Source: Phycisphaerales bacterium (GTDB lineage Bacteria; Planctomycetota; Phycisphaerae; Phycisphaerales; UBA1924). Taken from it: a stretch of 64,000 nt of DNA. The stretch is taken from assembly GCA_013360695.1 (NCBI GenBank), contig JABWBC010000001.1, positions 7,684-71,683 of the forward strand. The letters run 5' to 3'. The translations under genes were made by a program, and so were the position numbers. Positions within the stretch are counted from its first letter, which is position 1, and each line of letters begins with the position of its first letter. Shown piece after piece: positions 35,667 through 44,422 of the stretch. The notes beneath the pieces are model-generated. The model was given only the letters and a program-made list of their open reading frames with translations, ran no database searches and had not been told where the DNA came from.

Positions 35667-38366
35667 CTACTTCCTTTCCGACTCCTTATGCACCGTCGCC
35701 CACACCTCGCGCTTGGCGTCAAGGTCGCGGAACTGCTTACGTCCCATGACCATGTCGGCGTAGATCGTGGCGATCTCGCGGGGCCGCATCGCGAACCTGA
35801 CCTGCGTCCACTCGATCGGCTTGCCGCGGAACTCGATGGGCCTGCCGCCGACGATCGCCCACGCGGGCGGTTCGCAGGGCGTGCACTCAAGCCAGCCTGT
35901 ATCCAAGGGCGACCAGCCGGCGGGCCCGACACCCGCGCCGCGCGGACGCTCGTTCAGGACTTCGCCGAGCAGGTTAGCCTTGGCGGCCATGGCGACGGGC
36001 CCGGCGAGCTTGAGCGTGACCTCGGCGGGCTGGCCGTCCCACTCGACGAGGCGGATGACGAACGGGTGGTCGCACAGGCCGCCCGAGGCTTCGAACATGC
36101 GATGGCCGGCCCACTGCGGCAGATGCTCGCCGGATTTCATGGACTCGCGGAAGAAGGCGTGTGCAAGGACGTTGGGGGCGTTCTCAACGGAGAGAGGGCC
36201 GAAGACGGGGGGGAGGTCGGAGCTAGGTTCATAGTTCCAGCCGACGCCGCACGTGCCGCGAGTCTCGAACGCGCGTGCGAGTCTGACACGGCTCGCATTC
36301 GTCAGCCCGCGGTGCGGGTGAATTCGAATGGTGAAGGGCTCAAACCCGAGAACAGCATGTCCAGGAGAGTTGCGTTCATCCCACGGGTCAACCGCGTCGA
36401 CAATCAAGCGCCCGCCGCCTTCCGTGCGGAGCCACTGCTGCGAGCCGCCGGTGAGGACGAGCATCCCGGACGAATCGGATCCAGCTTTCGATAGGAAGTC
36501 CACGAAACTGTGGCCGGTGAATGGGCGTGCGACTTGCTCGAACCACTGCGGCGACGTCATCCAATCGCCCTTGGGATACTTGCGGCGGAACATACCGCGC
36601 GGGTCGATGGAAGCGCATGACATCGGCGTGTCAGCGAGGATGCAAGCCGGATGGAACGGCGGCGTAATCTCGATTGCGAGAGCGCCCGCGAGACCTGGGT
36701 CCTGCTCACGGAACCACGAATCAGTGATCGAAATGGCGATCGCGTCATCGATCGGGTCCATCGTGATTGCCACGGCCAGATGATGGGTTGGGCTGTCTGG
36801 AGGCGTGAGCCAAATCGTGACCGCGGCGAACTTGCCGCGCGAGGAATAGAACGCCTCCGCCCGGCTGGGCTCGGGTGACGCAAGGGCTCGCGGTTTGAGC
36901 TGGACGGGCTTGCCATCCTTCAGGAACTGGAACGACGGCAATGGGATCGGGAACGGATCCCGACGGTCTCCCCATGCGGAATGCTTGACTCGCGAGATCG
37001 TGCCGGAGGCCCTCTCGATCTCGATCTCGAACTCTCCGCGTCGGAGCGTAACATGCGTCTGGCTCTCGACCAACTCAATCTTGCGGAGAGTCTCCAGTTC
37101 GGCATCAGGAAGCAAGCGATACCCGAATGGCGGCACACCCTCGATGAGGTCACTGCCATTCAATCGAGCCCATTCCAATGTGCAGCACTCACGAGGCCAT
37201 CCGAGAAAATTGATGCCGATTAGGCCTTTGGCGTCGAAGCCCCCAAAGCGGTCCTGAAGCGCATCCGAGCTTCGCGAGCCTGTCTCACGGATCATCCGTT
37301 CGCACTTCATGAACTGTGGGTGCGCGATACCGCCGCAAAGCCCTTCGCACTCGTGGTTGTCGTGGTGCTGAGCGACGAGCAATTCCCGCCACGCCTCGTC
37401 GAGTTCCCACGTTGGATACACATCCCACCGTGGGTACGGCCTGCCGAAGAGCGAGATCATCGCCGATTCTGCCTCGGCCTTAAGGATCGATCGTTCGCAC
37501 TCTCGGCTGGACTTGGGGTGTGCATCTTCGTTCTTCCCCAGGGTCATGCCGTGCCACACGTCGTCCATCGTGTAGCGCTTCACGGGCGGCGAGGGCGTCG
37601 CGGCGAAAAGCTCCTCGATCAGTTTGCCCGCGGTGCGCGGACGCACGTCGAACCGCTCGTCCTTCATCAACTCGCGAAGGCGCGGCAGGAGCACCTCGCT
37701 CCGACACATCCAGTCCTTGCTCGGCATGAGTTCGAGCCACTGCACGACGGCGGGATGCTCCCACGCGCCGGCCTTGTCGAGCAGACCGTCGAAGTCTTCG
37801 GGCCATTGGTGGACATTCAGTTCGTTGCGAGGGAGCGTTGGCAGGCGTGTGCCGTCGGCGCCTTCCCAGAGGATCAGCGAGCACGGCTCCTTGGGGACCT
37901 CGGGTGTGTGCCAGGTCCACTGGAAGAAGAGTGACGCGCCGGTGTAGCCGCACTGCGCGAGCATCTGCGGGAGCTGCGGGAAGAAATAGAACTCCTCTTC
38001 CCAAAACGTGCGCGGGCGGACGCCCAGCAGGCGGCGGGTGGTGCGCACGCCGTAGGTGAGCTGACGGATGTTGGATTCGCCGCCGTGGAACAGGCCGTAC
38101 GGCTGGCCGTAGGAGCAGCCGACGGGCTCGACGAGCCCGCGCGCGACGGCGTCCTTAAGCTTGGCGAGGTGCTCGGGGCATTCGACGGCCATTTTCTCGT
38201 AGCCGACGGCGTCGAAGTTGACGTTGCCGCGTGCGCCGGTCTCGTCGATGAGGCGGAGCATGTCGTCGACCGAGCCTGGAAGGACGTGGTATCCCCAGAG
38301 CCACTGCATGTCGACCCAGTGCATGTGGTTGCCGAAGGTGTAGTACAGCGGAGGTTTGCCGGTCAT
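35667..38366 (-). CDS. Glycoside hydrolase, GH38-like N-terminal domain (alpha-mannosidase-like), 899 aa
   Basis: YYTFGNHMHWVDMQWLWGY resembles the GH38 HxHxDxxWLW metal/active-site start. The protein is large and multi-domain. Family assignment is tentative. Confidence 0.5.
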   Translation of the reverse strand: MTGKPPLYYTFGNHMHWVDMQWLWGYHVLPGSVDDMLRLIDETGARGNVNFDAVGYEKMAVECPEHLAKLKDAVARGLVEPVGCSYGQPYGLFHGGESNIRQLTYGVRTTRRLLGVRPRTFWEEEFYFFPQLPQMLAQCGYTGASLFFQWTWHTPEVPKEPCSLILWEGADGTRLPTLPRNELNVHQWPEDFDGLLDKAGAWEHPAVVQWLELMPSKDWMCRSEVLLPRLRELMKDERFDVRPRTAGKLIEELFAATPSPPVKRYTMDDVWHGMTLGKNEDAHPKSSRECERSILKAEAESAMISLFGRPYPRWDVYPTWELDEAWRELLVAQHHDNHECEGLCGGIAHPQFMKCERMIRETGSRSSDALQDRFGGFDAKGLIGINFLGWPRECCTLEWARLNGSDLIEGVPPFGYRLLPDAELETLRKIELVESQTHVTLRRGEFEIEIERASGTISRVKHSAWGDRRDPFPIPLPSFQFLKDGKPVQLKPRALASPEPSRAEAFYSSRGKFAAVTIWLTPPDSPTHHLAVAITMDPIDDAIAISITDSWFREQDPGLAGALAIEITPPFHPACILADTPMSCASIDPRGMFRRKYPKGDWMTSPQWFEQVARPFTGHSFVDFLSKAGSDSSGMLVLTGGSQQWLRTEGGGRLIVDAVDPWDERNSPGHAVLGFEPFTIRIHPHRGLTNASRVRLARAFETRGTCGVGWNYEPSSDLPPVFGPLSVENAPNVLAHAFFRESMKSGEHLPQWAGHRMFEASGGLCDHPFVIRLVEWDGQPAEVTLKLAGPVAMAAKANLLGEVLNERPRGAGVGPAGWSPLDTGWLECTPCEPPAWAIVGGRPIEFRGKPIEWTQVRFAMRPREIATIYADMVMGRKQFRDLDAKREVWATVHKESERK

Positions 38367-38427
38367 GCCGTGAGTGTAGAGGCGGCATCAGCGTTCGCGT
38401 CGGAGAGCCAATTCGAGAGACGAGTGC

Positions 38428-38453
38428 AAATGAAAAACGCTCGCGATCGAGCG
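38428..38453 (-). terminator. Rho-independent terminator after the PEP-CTERM paralog 38489..39031
   Basis: Minus strand: CGCTCG-ATCG-CGAGCG followed by TTTTTCATTT. Confidence 0.65.
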
Positions 38454-38488
38454 CGGCGTTGCAAAGGACGGCCAAACACAACGAATGA

Positions 38489-39031
38489 TCAACGGCGGCG
38501 GCGGAGCGAGACAAACACGCTCGCGAGGCCGATCACGCCAAGAGAAGCCGGGGTGGGGATGTAGGCCGTGCCCTCGAAGCCCGGGTTCCACTGGTTGTTA
38601 AAGTTGTCTGTGCCGGAGTACAGGCTGCCGTAGGGGCTGGCGCCGTAGCAGAAGTAGTCAACTTCCATCGGAGCCAACGCGCCAGTGTACACAGCCTGGA
38701 AACCAGAGAGCGTCTGTCCTGGGAGCAGCAGGCTGTAGCTGGGTTCGATCCAGTTGTTGTTGTAAATTTCGGTCGAACCGCCGTAGCCGGAGTTGTCCCA
38801 AGTGAACCAAACGTTGGGGTCGTAGCCCGTGGGGCTGCCGGCGATGTTTCGGCCGGTGTCAAGATCGACGCCGAAGAAATAGATGCCCATGTCGGCGGGG
38901 TTGAGGTTGTTGGTGACGCTGAAGTCAAGCACCCAGTCGCCGGCCGAACCGGAAACCGAATAGGTCACGACTGGCCCGGCGTGTGCGGCGCCGGCCGCCA
39001 ACGCAAGGGCAGCAATAGCAGCGATCTTCAT
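38489..39031 (-). CDS. PEP-CTERM-tailed secreted protein, paralog 1
   Basis: Signal peptide MKIAAIAALALAAGAAHAG. The C-terminal IPTPASLGVIGLASVFVSLRRRR has the PEP-CTERM architecture (P-x-P, TM helix, Arg cluster). Confidence 0.8.
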   Translation of the reverse strand: MKIAAIAALALAAGAAHAGPVVTYSVSGSAGDWVLDFSVTNNLNPADMGIYFFGVDLDTGRNIAGSPTGYDPNVWFTWDNSGYGGSTEIYNNNWIEPSYSLLLPGQTLSGFQAVYTGALAPMEVDYFCYGASPYGSLYSGTDNFNNQWNPGFEGTAYIPTPASLGVIGLASVFVSLRRRR

Positions 39032-39213
39032 GTCTCATCTCCTCTCAAGAGATCCAACGTGAAACATCTACACGGCGTACGCACGCGTGCCCTCAGGAAG
39101 TCTGACGGCATTCTGACGGTATGAGACCGATGTGAGAGATCAATGGAGTCAAAGCCCCACGCCAACTCCGAAGTCGACGCCATTGTGAGGAGCGGCGCAC
39201 CCGGCGTAATCCC

Positions 39214-39247
39214 AGAAAAGAAAAGCGCCCGCGATCGATCGCGGGCG
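39214..39247 (-). terminator. Rho-independent terminator after the PEP-CTERM paralog 39278..39835
   Basis: GCCCGCGATCGATCGCGGGC is a perfect 20-nt palindrome. On the minus strand it is followed by a TTTTCTTTTCT tract. Confidence 0.7.
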
Positions 39248-39277
39248 TTGTAAAGGACGCACAAACTCAACGAACGA

Positions 39278-39835
39278 TCAGCGGCGACGGCGCGAAGCGG
39301 CGAGGCCGGCCAAACCCATCAGGCCGAGCGACGCGGGCGCGGGCACCGTGGCGATACCTTCGAAGCCTGGGTTGGTCTGGTTGTTGAAGTTGTCGGAGCC
39401 GTTGTACTGGCCGCCCGTCGGGTCGTTTGCGAACGCGAAGAATTTGACCGAGGTCGGGGCCGAAGCTCCGGTGTACACCGCCTGGAAGCCCGCCAGCGAT
39501 CCGCCGGGCAGGATGCTGGTGTAGTTAGAAGCGAAGTCGATCCAATTGTTGTTGTAGATCGTGGCCGAACCGCCATATCCGGTGTTGTCCCATGTGCTCC
39601 ATGCATCGGGATCGAAGTTCGTCGGGCTGCCGACGATGTTCCGGCCCGTGTCGAGTTCAACACCGAAGAAGTAGATGCCCATGGTCGACGGATTGAGGTT
39701 GTTGGTCACGCTGAAATCGAGAACCCAATTACCCGCAGAACCCGAGACTGAATAGGTCACATCGACGGGACCGGCGTACGCGACGCCGGCCGTGAGCGCA
39801 AGAGCGGCAATGGCAGCAGTGGCGGCAATCTTCAT
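39278..39835 (-). CDS. PEP-CTERM-tailed secreted protein, paralog 2
   Basis: Signal peptide MKIAATAAIAALALTAGVAYAG. C-terminal VPAPASLGLMGLAGLAASRRRR. Colinear with paralog 1 over its whole length. Confidence 0.8.
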   Translation of the reverse strand: MKIAATAAIAALALTAGVAYAGPVDVTYSVSGSAGNWVLDFSVTNNLNPSTMGIYFFGVELDTGRNIVGSPTNFDPDAWSTWDNTGYGGSATIYNNNWIDFASNYTSILPGGSLAGFQAVYTGASAPTSVKFFAFANDPTGGQYNGSDNFNNQTNPGFEGIATVPAPASLGLMGLAGLAASRRRR

Positions 39836-40030
39836 TTCTCTTCTCCTGGGTGCGTCCTGAAGTCCAGAGCAGCGCCGCTCCGCGAGAATCGCGCAGCCGG
39901 GCGATGCTTCAAAGCTAGCCCCAAATCGGGGTCATGCCAGAATTCGCCGGTCGGGCATCCAAAAAGCGACAGCACGGCCCTCGCAACCGGCGGCCAACAG
40001 GATTATCGGAAGCTCCCGGCGAGTTCGGGC

Positions 40031-40501
40031 CTACACGATCTCGACGATCATGAACCGTTTCACGCCTCGGGGGGCGTCGACACGGATCGTGTCGCCGACG
40101 CGGCTCTTGAGCATGGCCTGGCCCATGGGGCTCGTCGCGGTCACCTCGACGTAGTCGAACGGCGGATTGGCCGAAGCCTCGCCGACGAGGCGGAAGAGGT
40201 CCTCGTCGCTGTTATCAACGTCGCGCATCTTGACGGTGGTGCCGACAACGACCAGGCCCTCGATCGCCTTTGACATCGATTCGTCGATGATGGTGACGCT
40301 GGCGAGGCGCTGCTGGAGCCGACGGATTTCGGCCTCCTCGAGCCCCTGCTGCTCGCGCGCGGCGTGGTAGTCGCCATTCTCCTTGAGGTCGCCCAGGGCG
40401 CGGGCCTCGGCGATGCGCGTGGAGATCACCGGGCGATTATCGATGAGAGCCTTGAGCTTGGCCTCGATCCCCTCTCGCTCGGCCTTGGTGATGAACTCCA
40501 T
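40031..40501 (-). CDS. greA: Transcription elongation factor GreA
   Basis: Trimmed to ATG 40501 (GGAGG RBS). ARALGDLKENGDYHAAREQQ hallmark and a C-terminal FKBP-like domain (SPMGQAMLKSRVGDTIRV). Confidence 0.9.
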   Translation of the reverse strand: MEFITKAEREGIEAKLKALIDNRPVISTRIAEARALGDLKENGDYHAAREQQGLEEAEIRRLQQRLASVTIIDESMSKAIEGLVVVGTTVKMRDVDNSDEDLFRLVGEASANPPFDYVEVTATSPMGQAMLKSRVGDTIRVDAPRGVKRFMIVEIV

Positions 40502-40592
40502 CGACGACCTCCGTCTGATCGGTACACGCGGACAGGAATCGGACCCACAGGCATCCGCCCGCGACACTCTCGCTGTCGGGGAACGTCAAAAT

Positions 40593-41519
40593 CTAGGCCG
40601 AGGGCGGGATCGGGACCACCGGCGGGCTCGGCGCGGGGAATCGTCGCGATACCCAGGCCGCACGCACCCACGAGGCCACGGCACCAAACCCCAGCCCCGC
40701 GATGGCGAGCCACTGGGCTGCCTCCACGCGCGGGCCAAGCCCCGACCAGGGCCGATCCGTGACGATCGCGTTCACGCAGGTGATGGGCGAGGCGAGCAAG
40801 AGCATGCTGGGGTCGGAATTCGGCTCGCGCGACGGGGTGAGCAGCGAGACGGCCGGAGCGGCGGCGATGATCGCAACGACCGTGAGCATCGCGGTGACGC
40901 GCCCCCTCGATGGATCCCCCTCTCGCGCTCGAAGTACCTCAAGCGACGCCGCCAGCACGCCCGCGATGATCAGGAGCCATGCGAGGATCGTGAGCGCCAT
41001 CGCGATCGTGATGCTGGTACTCCAGCCCGCGAGGAACCACAGCCGCTGCGGCAAGAGGATCGCCACCAGCGGGATGAACACGACCGGAAGATCACGGAGC
41101 GCGACCCGAGTGCCGCGGACTGCCTCGGGCGGCTGGCTGAGTCGGAACAGCGGCCAAAGGATGCACGCGCATGTGAGCCCGACGGTGACGAGCGTGCGCA
41201 CGGCGGGGCGGTAGACGTCCTGGCCGAGGATTCCGGTTGTGGTCGTGCTGGCGAGCAGGACAACCGTGCCGATCGCCAGGAGCGTGGTCCAGTAGAACGC
41301 GAGCGGGCGCGGCTCGGCGCGCCGATGAGCCCAGCGGTCGAACGGTGGTGAACTCTGCAAAGTCCCAGTCGACGAGGCTTGCGTCGCGGCTTCGTCGGCG
41401 GAAACCGTCTCGCGCGCGGGGGATTCGTGCGAGCTCGTCTCGGAAACAGGGTGCGGCGCTGACGCCGAAGCCGGCTCAGACGCGTTCTCCGGCGCGGGAT
41501 CGCGCGGGAGGTCGCTCAT
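40593..41519 (-). CDS. Polytopic membrane protein (308 aa), translationally coupled to the ftsQ-like gene
   Basis: Trimmed from ORF 40593..41870 to ATG 41519, which overlaps the ftsQ-like stop (ATGA at 41519-41516). A ~75-aa acidic, Ser/Pro-rich N-terminus is followed by about 6-7 TM helices. I recognised no family. Confidence 0.6.
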   Translation of the reverse strand: MSDLPRDPAPENASEPASASAPHPVSETSSHESPARETVSADEAATQASSTGTLQSSPPFDRWAHRRAEPRPLAFYWTTLLAIGTVVLLASTTTTGILGQDVYRPAVRTLVTVGLTCACILWPLFRLSQPPEAVRGTRVALRDLPVVFIPLVAILLPQRLWFLAGWSTSITIAMALTILAWLLIIAGVLAASLEVLRAREGDPSRGRVTAMLTVVAIIAAAPAVSLLTPSREPNSDPSMLLLASPITCVNAIVTDRPWSGLGPRVEAAQWLAIAGLGFGAVASWVRAAWVSRRFPAPSPPVVPIPPSA

Positions 41520-42451
41520 TGATCGGGGGATTCCTGCTGCGCGCTGGCGGCGGCGTTGATCACCATCGGGCGCGACTCCCAGTAGATCTCGACCTCGGGC
41601 TTTCCCGCATCGATCGACTTGAAGTTGCGGTTCAGGAACTCGATCTGCGCCAGTTTCTTGATCGTGCTCGCCTCGCCCAGGAGCGGCTGCGTGGGACGCC
41701 CGCCCCAGATCACGCGCGTATCGCGCCGGGTGACGATTGCGGTCCGCTTGTCCTTGCGATAACTCGCGACGTCCACGCCCGCGACCTGATCTCTCCAGGG
41801 CTGGTTCAGCGAGAGCGCCAGCAATTCGAGGCCGGCCTGCAGATCCATACCTGGCCAGACTTTCAGGCAATCCACCGCGCCAGTCTCGGTGAGCGGGGGA
41901 GCGGCCTGTACGCCCAGCACCACCGGCAAGTTCGACTGTCCCGCGGGATACACCGGCGGCATGGGGCGTCCGTCGCTGGCAATGAGATAGTCCTTGCCGC
42001 CGTTGCGAATCACCGCGACCGGCACACGCCAGCGCCCCGCGACGCGGATCGCGCGTCCGGGCTCACGAACGACGCTCGGCTTGGTGTCAAACCAACCGCT
42101 GGTTCCGAGCGCTTCGCCCACCGCGGCGAGCTCGTCGCTCCCGATGTGCACCGCGACCTTGCGATCGGGCGTGCCCAGCGCGGTGTACGCGAGCCTCAGC
42201 AACTCATCCTGGAACGCCTCGGGCAGCCACGTGCGGGCGTTGGTTGGCGACCCGTCGCCGAGCCTGGGCCACTCGATCTGGACGATCGGCGGGAGCGCGT
42301 CGGCAACGCGCACGGCACGCTCGTCGATGGCGCGACGCCCGAGCACCACGCCCGTAATAATGGCGATCACGATCAACGCCGTGAGCGTGATCGATGCGCC
42401 GGTGACGATCTTCTGCTTTCGGAAGTTCTTGCTGTCCGTAGCCACGTGCAA
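41516..42451 (-). CDS. ftsQ: FtsQ/DivIB-like cell division protein
   Basis: Position immediately after ddl. Short cytoplasmic N-terminus, one TM helix (ITLTALIVIAIITGVVLG), then POTRA/FtsQ-like strand patterns (AIRVAGRWRVPVAVIRNGGKDYLIASDGRPM...LPVVLGV). TTG start at 42451; GTG at 42445 is the alternative. Confidence 0.6.
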   Translation of the reverse strand: MHVATDSKNFRKQKIVTGASITLTALIVIAIITGVVLGRRAIDERAVRVADALPPIVQIEWPRLGDGSPTNARTWLPEAFQDELLRLAYTALGTPDRKVAVHIGSDELAAVGEALGTSGWFDTKPSVVREPGRAIRVAGRWRVPVAVIRNGGKDYLIASDGRPMPPVYPAGQSNLPVVLGVQAAPPLTETGAVDCLKVWPGMDLQAGLELLALSLNQPWRDQVAGVDVASYRKDKRTAIVTRRDTRVIWGGRPTQPLLGEASTIKKLAQIEFLNRNFKSIDAGKPEVEIYWESRPMVINAAASAQQESPDQ

Positions 42452-42502
42452 CCCTCAACTCACGCGTCGGCCCGTCCCTGGGCGCGATCCGCGCGGAAAA
42501 GC

Positions 42503-43441
42503 CTAGGAACGGCGGTCTCGCCACGCCATCTCGACCAACGCGCTGACCAGGTCCGGCAAGGGCGTGCCCGCGTGGGCGGCGGCCTTGGGATACAGCGAAT
42601 GACTCGTGAAGCCCGGCATCGTGTTGACCTCGAGCATCCACGCGCCGCCCGACTTGTCGAGCAGGAAATCCACGCGGCAGAGATGCCGCACACCGAGGTC
42701 CTTCACGAGCTTGATCGCTCGCGAAGAGATCGCTTCCTTCACGCCCGCGGGGAGCGGAGGATCAACCGTGTACTTCGTGTCGTCGCGAAGGTACTTGGCC
42801 TCGTAGTCATAGAACTCGGTCGCGGGCTGGATGTGGATGGGCGGGAGCGCCCGAGCATCGCCCTGCGGGTCGTACACCCCCACCGTCAGCTCGCTCGCGT
42901 CGACGAGCGATTCGAGCATGTACACGCGGCCGGGGTGCGCGATCATGTCCTTGGCGGCCGCGGCGCGAGCGGCGGTCCACTTTTCCTTGGTCTTGCAGAG
43001 ATGCACGCCGACGCTTGATCCTTCATGCACGGGCTTGACCACGACCGGAATGCCGAGGGGCGAAACGTCGTCGTTCACATTGAAGACGACCGCCGGCGCG
43101 GTGGGAATTCCCAGTCGCCACGCGGCGGCCTTGGTGGCGAGCTTGTCCATCGCGAGCCGTGCCGCGACAGGGCCGCAGCCGACATAGGCGACCCCGGCTT
43201 CTTCGAGACGGTCCTGGAGCGGGCCGCCCTCGCCGAACGGGCCGTGAAGAACGGGGACGATGACGTCGGCCTTCATGGCCCGCAGATCAGCGACGCTGGG
43301 TCGATCGACGACGATGCGTTCAACGTCGTACTCGCCGGACTTCATCAGGCCGTCGTAGACACCCTGCGAGCTATTAAGGCTCACTTCGCGTTCGGCATCG
43401 GGGCCGCCACCCAGCACAACAACACGGCGCGGGCCGCTCAT
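42503..43441 (-). CDS. ddl: D-alanine--D-alanine ligase
   Basis: VVVLGGGPDAEREVSLNS, PVLHGPFGEGGPLQ, AMDKLATK, CRVDFLLD and EVNTMPGFT are ATP-grasp Ddl motifs. Confidence 0.9.
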   Translation of the reverse strand: MSGPRRVVVLGGGPDAEREVSLNSSQGVYDGLMKSGEYDVERIVVDRPSVADLRAMKADVIVPVLHGPFGEGGPLQDRLEEAGVAYVGCGPVAARLAMDKLATKAAAWRLGIPTAPAVVFNVNDDVSPLGIPVVVKPVHEGSSVGVHLCKTKEKWTAARAAAAKDMIAHPGRVYMLESLVDASELTVGVYDPQGDARALPPIHIQPATEFYDYEAKYLRDDTKYTVDPPLPAGVKEAISSRAIKLVKDLGVRHLCRVDFLLDKSGGAWMLEVNTMPGFTSHSLYPKAAAHAGTPLPDLVSALVEMAWRDRRS

Positions 43442-44400
43442 CTCGTTCTCCTCCAGATCACAACCTCGGGCTGGAGCGTGACGCCGAAGCGTGCGAAAAC
43501 GCCCAGGGCGACGCGGTCCATGAGTTCGATGACGTCGCGAGCGCGTGCGCCGGCGTCGGTGACGATGAAATTGCCGTGGCGCGGGCTAACCGACGCCCCC
43601 CCGACGCGCAGGCCCTTGAGCCCGGCGCGATCGATCAGCATCCCCGCCGAGACGCGAGATCCGGCGCGATGGACCTCGAAGGGCGTGGCCTGACCCGCCG
43701 CGGGATCGAGCTTCTCGAGCGTCAGTTCTTCCGTCAGCGTCGGGTTCTTGAAGACGCAGCCCGCGCTCTTGTCGGCCATGGGCTGAGTCTTCTTCTTGTA
43801 CGCCATCACTTCGAGATGACGCTCGCGGAGCGCGACCGGGTCGGCCTGCGTCAGCGTGAACTCGACCTCTGTGATGACGAGATTCGAAAGCCCGGACTTG
43901 CGATAGTCAAAGGCGATCTGCGCGCGTTCGAGCGTCACGGGACGGCCTTGGCGGTCGAGCGCGTGGACCCGCGCGACGGCATCGGCGATCTGCCCGAACG
44001 CGCCGCCGGCATTCATAATGACCGCGCCGCCGACGCTCGCGGGGATACCGCCCAGACTCTCGAGCCCGGCCAGTCCCTTTCGCACGGTTTCGTTGATGAG
44101 TTTGGGGAGATTGGCGCCCGCGCCGGCGCGGAGTGACGTGCCGTCGATGGTCCAGCCTGTGAACCGCGGGCCGCCGAGGATCACGACGAGTTCCGAGATG
44201 CCGTCGTCATCGACGAGGAGATTGGCGCCGTCGCCCAGGACTTTGAGATTGGGATCGAGGCGCAAGCACTCGGCGAGTTGTTCGGGCGTGCGCGGGCGGG
44301 CGAGGCGATCGGCCTTGCCGCCGATGCCAAACCAGGTCGGGATCGGCGCGTCGAACTCGATCTCGAGCGATGGCGGTGCTGCGGTGTCCAGCGCGTTCAC
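43438..44400 (-). CDS. murB: UDP-N-acetylenolpyruvoylglucosamine reductase
   Basis: Trimmed to GTG 44400 (GGGAGGAG RBS). WFGIGGKADRL, LGDGANLLV, GIPASVGGAVIMNAG and SAGCVFKNP. The stop overlaps the ddl start (ATGA). Confidence 0.85.
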   Translation of the reverse strand: MNALDTAAPPSLEIEFDAPIPTWFGIGGKADRLARPRTPEQLAECLRLDPNLKVLGDGANLLVDDDGISELVVILGGPRFTGWTIDGTSLRAGAGANLPKLINETVRKGLAGLESLGGIPASVGGAVIMNAGGAFGQIADAVARVHALDRQGRPVTLERAQIAFDYRKSGLSNLVITEVEFTLTQADPVALRERHLEVMAYKKKTQPMADKSAGCVFKNPTLTEELTLEKLDPAAGQATPFEVHRAGSRVSAGMLIDRAGLKGLRVGGASVSPRHGNFIVTDAGARARDVIELMDRVALGVFARFGVTLQPEVVIWRRTR

Positions 44401-44422
44401 GGGTCTCTCCTCCCTTGGCCCG

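Noticed and set aside
39028-39270. 80-aa minus-strand ORF in the spacer between the two PEP-CTERM paralogs.
   Set aside because: It spans the terminator hairpin of the upstream paralog and the promoter region of the downstream one. It has no RBS, odd composition and poor third-position bias.
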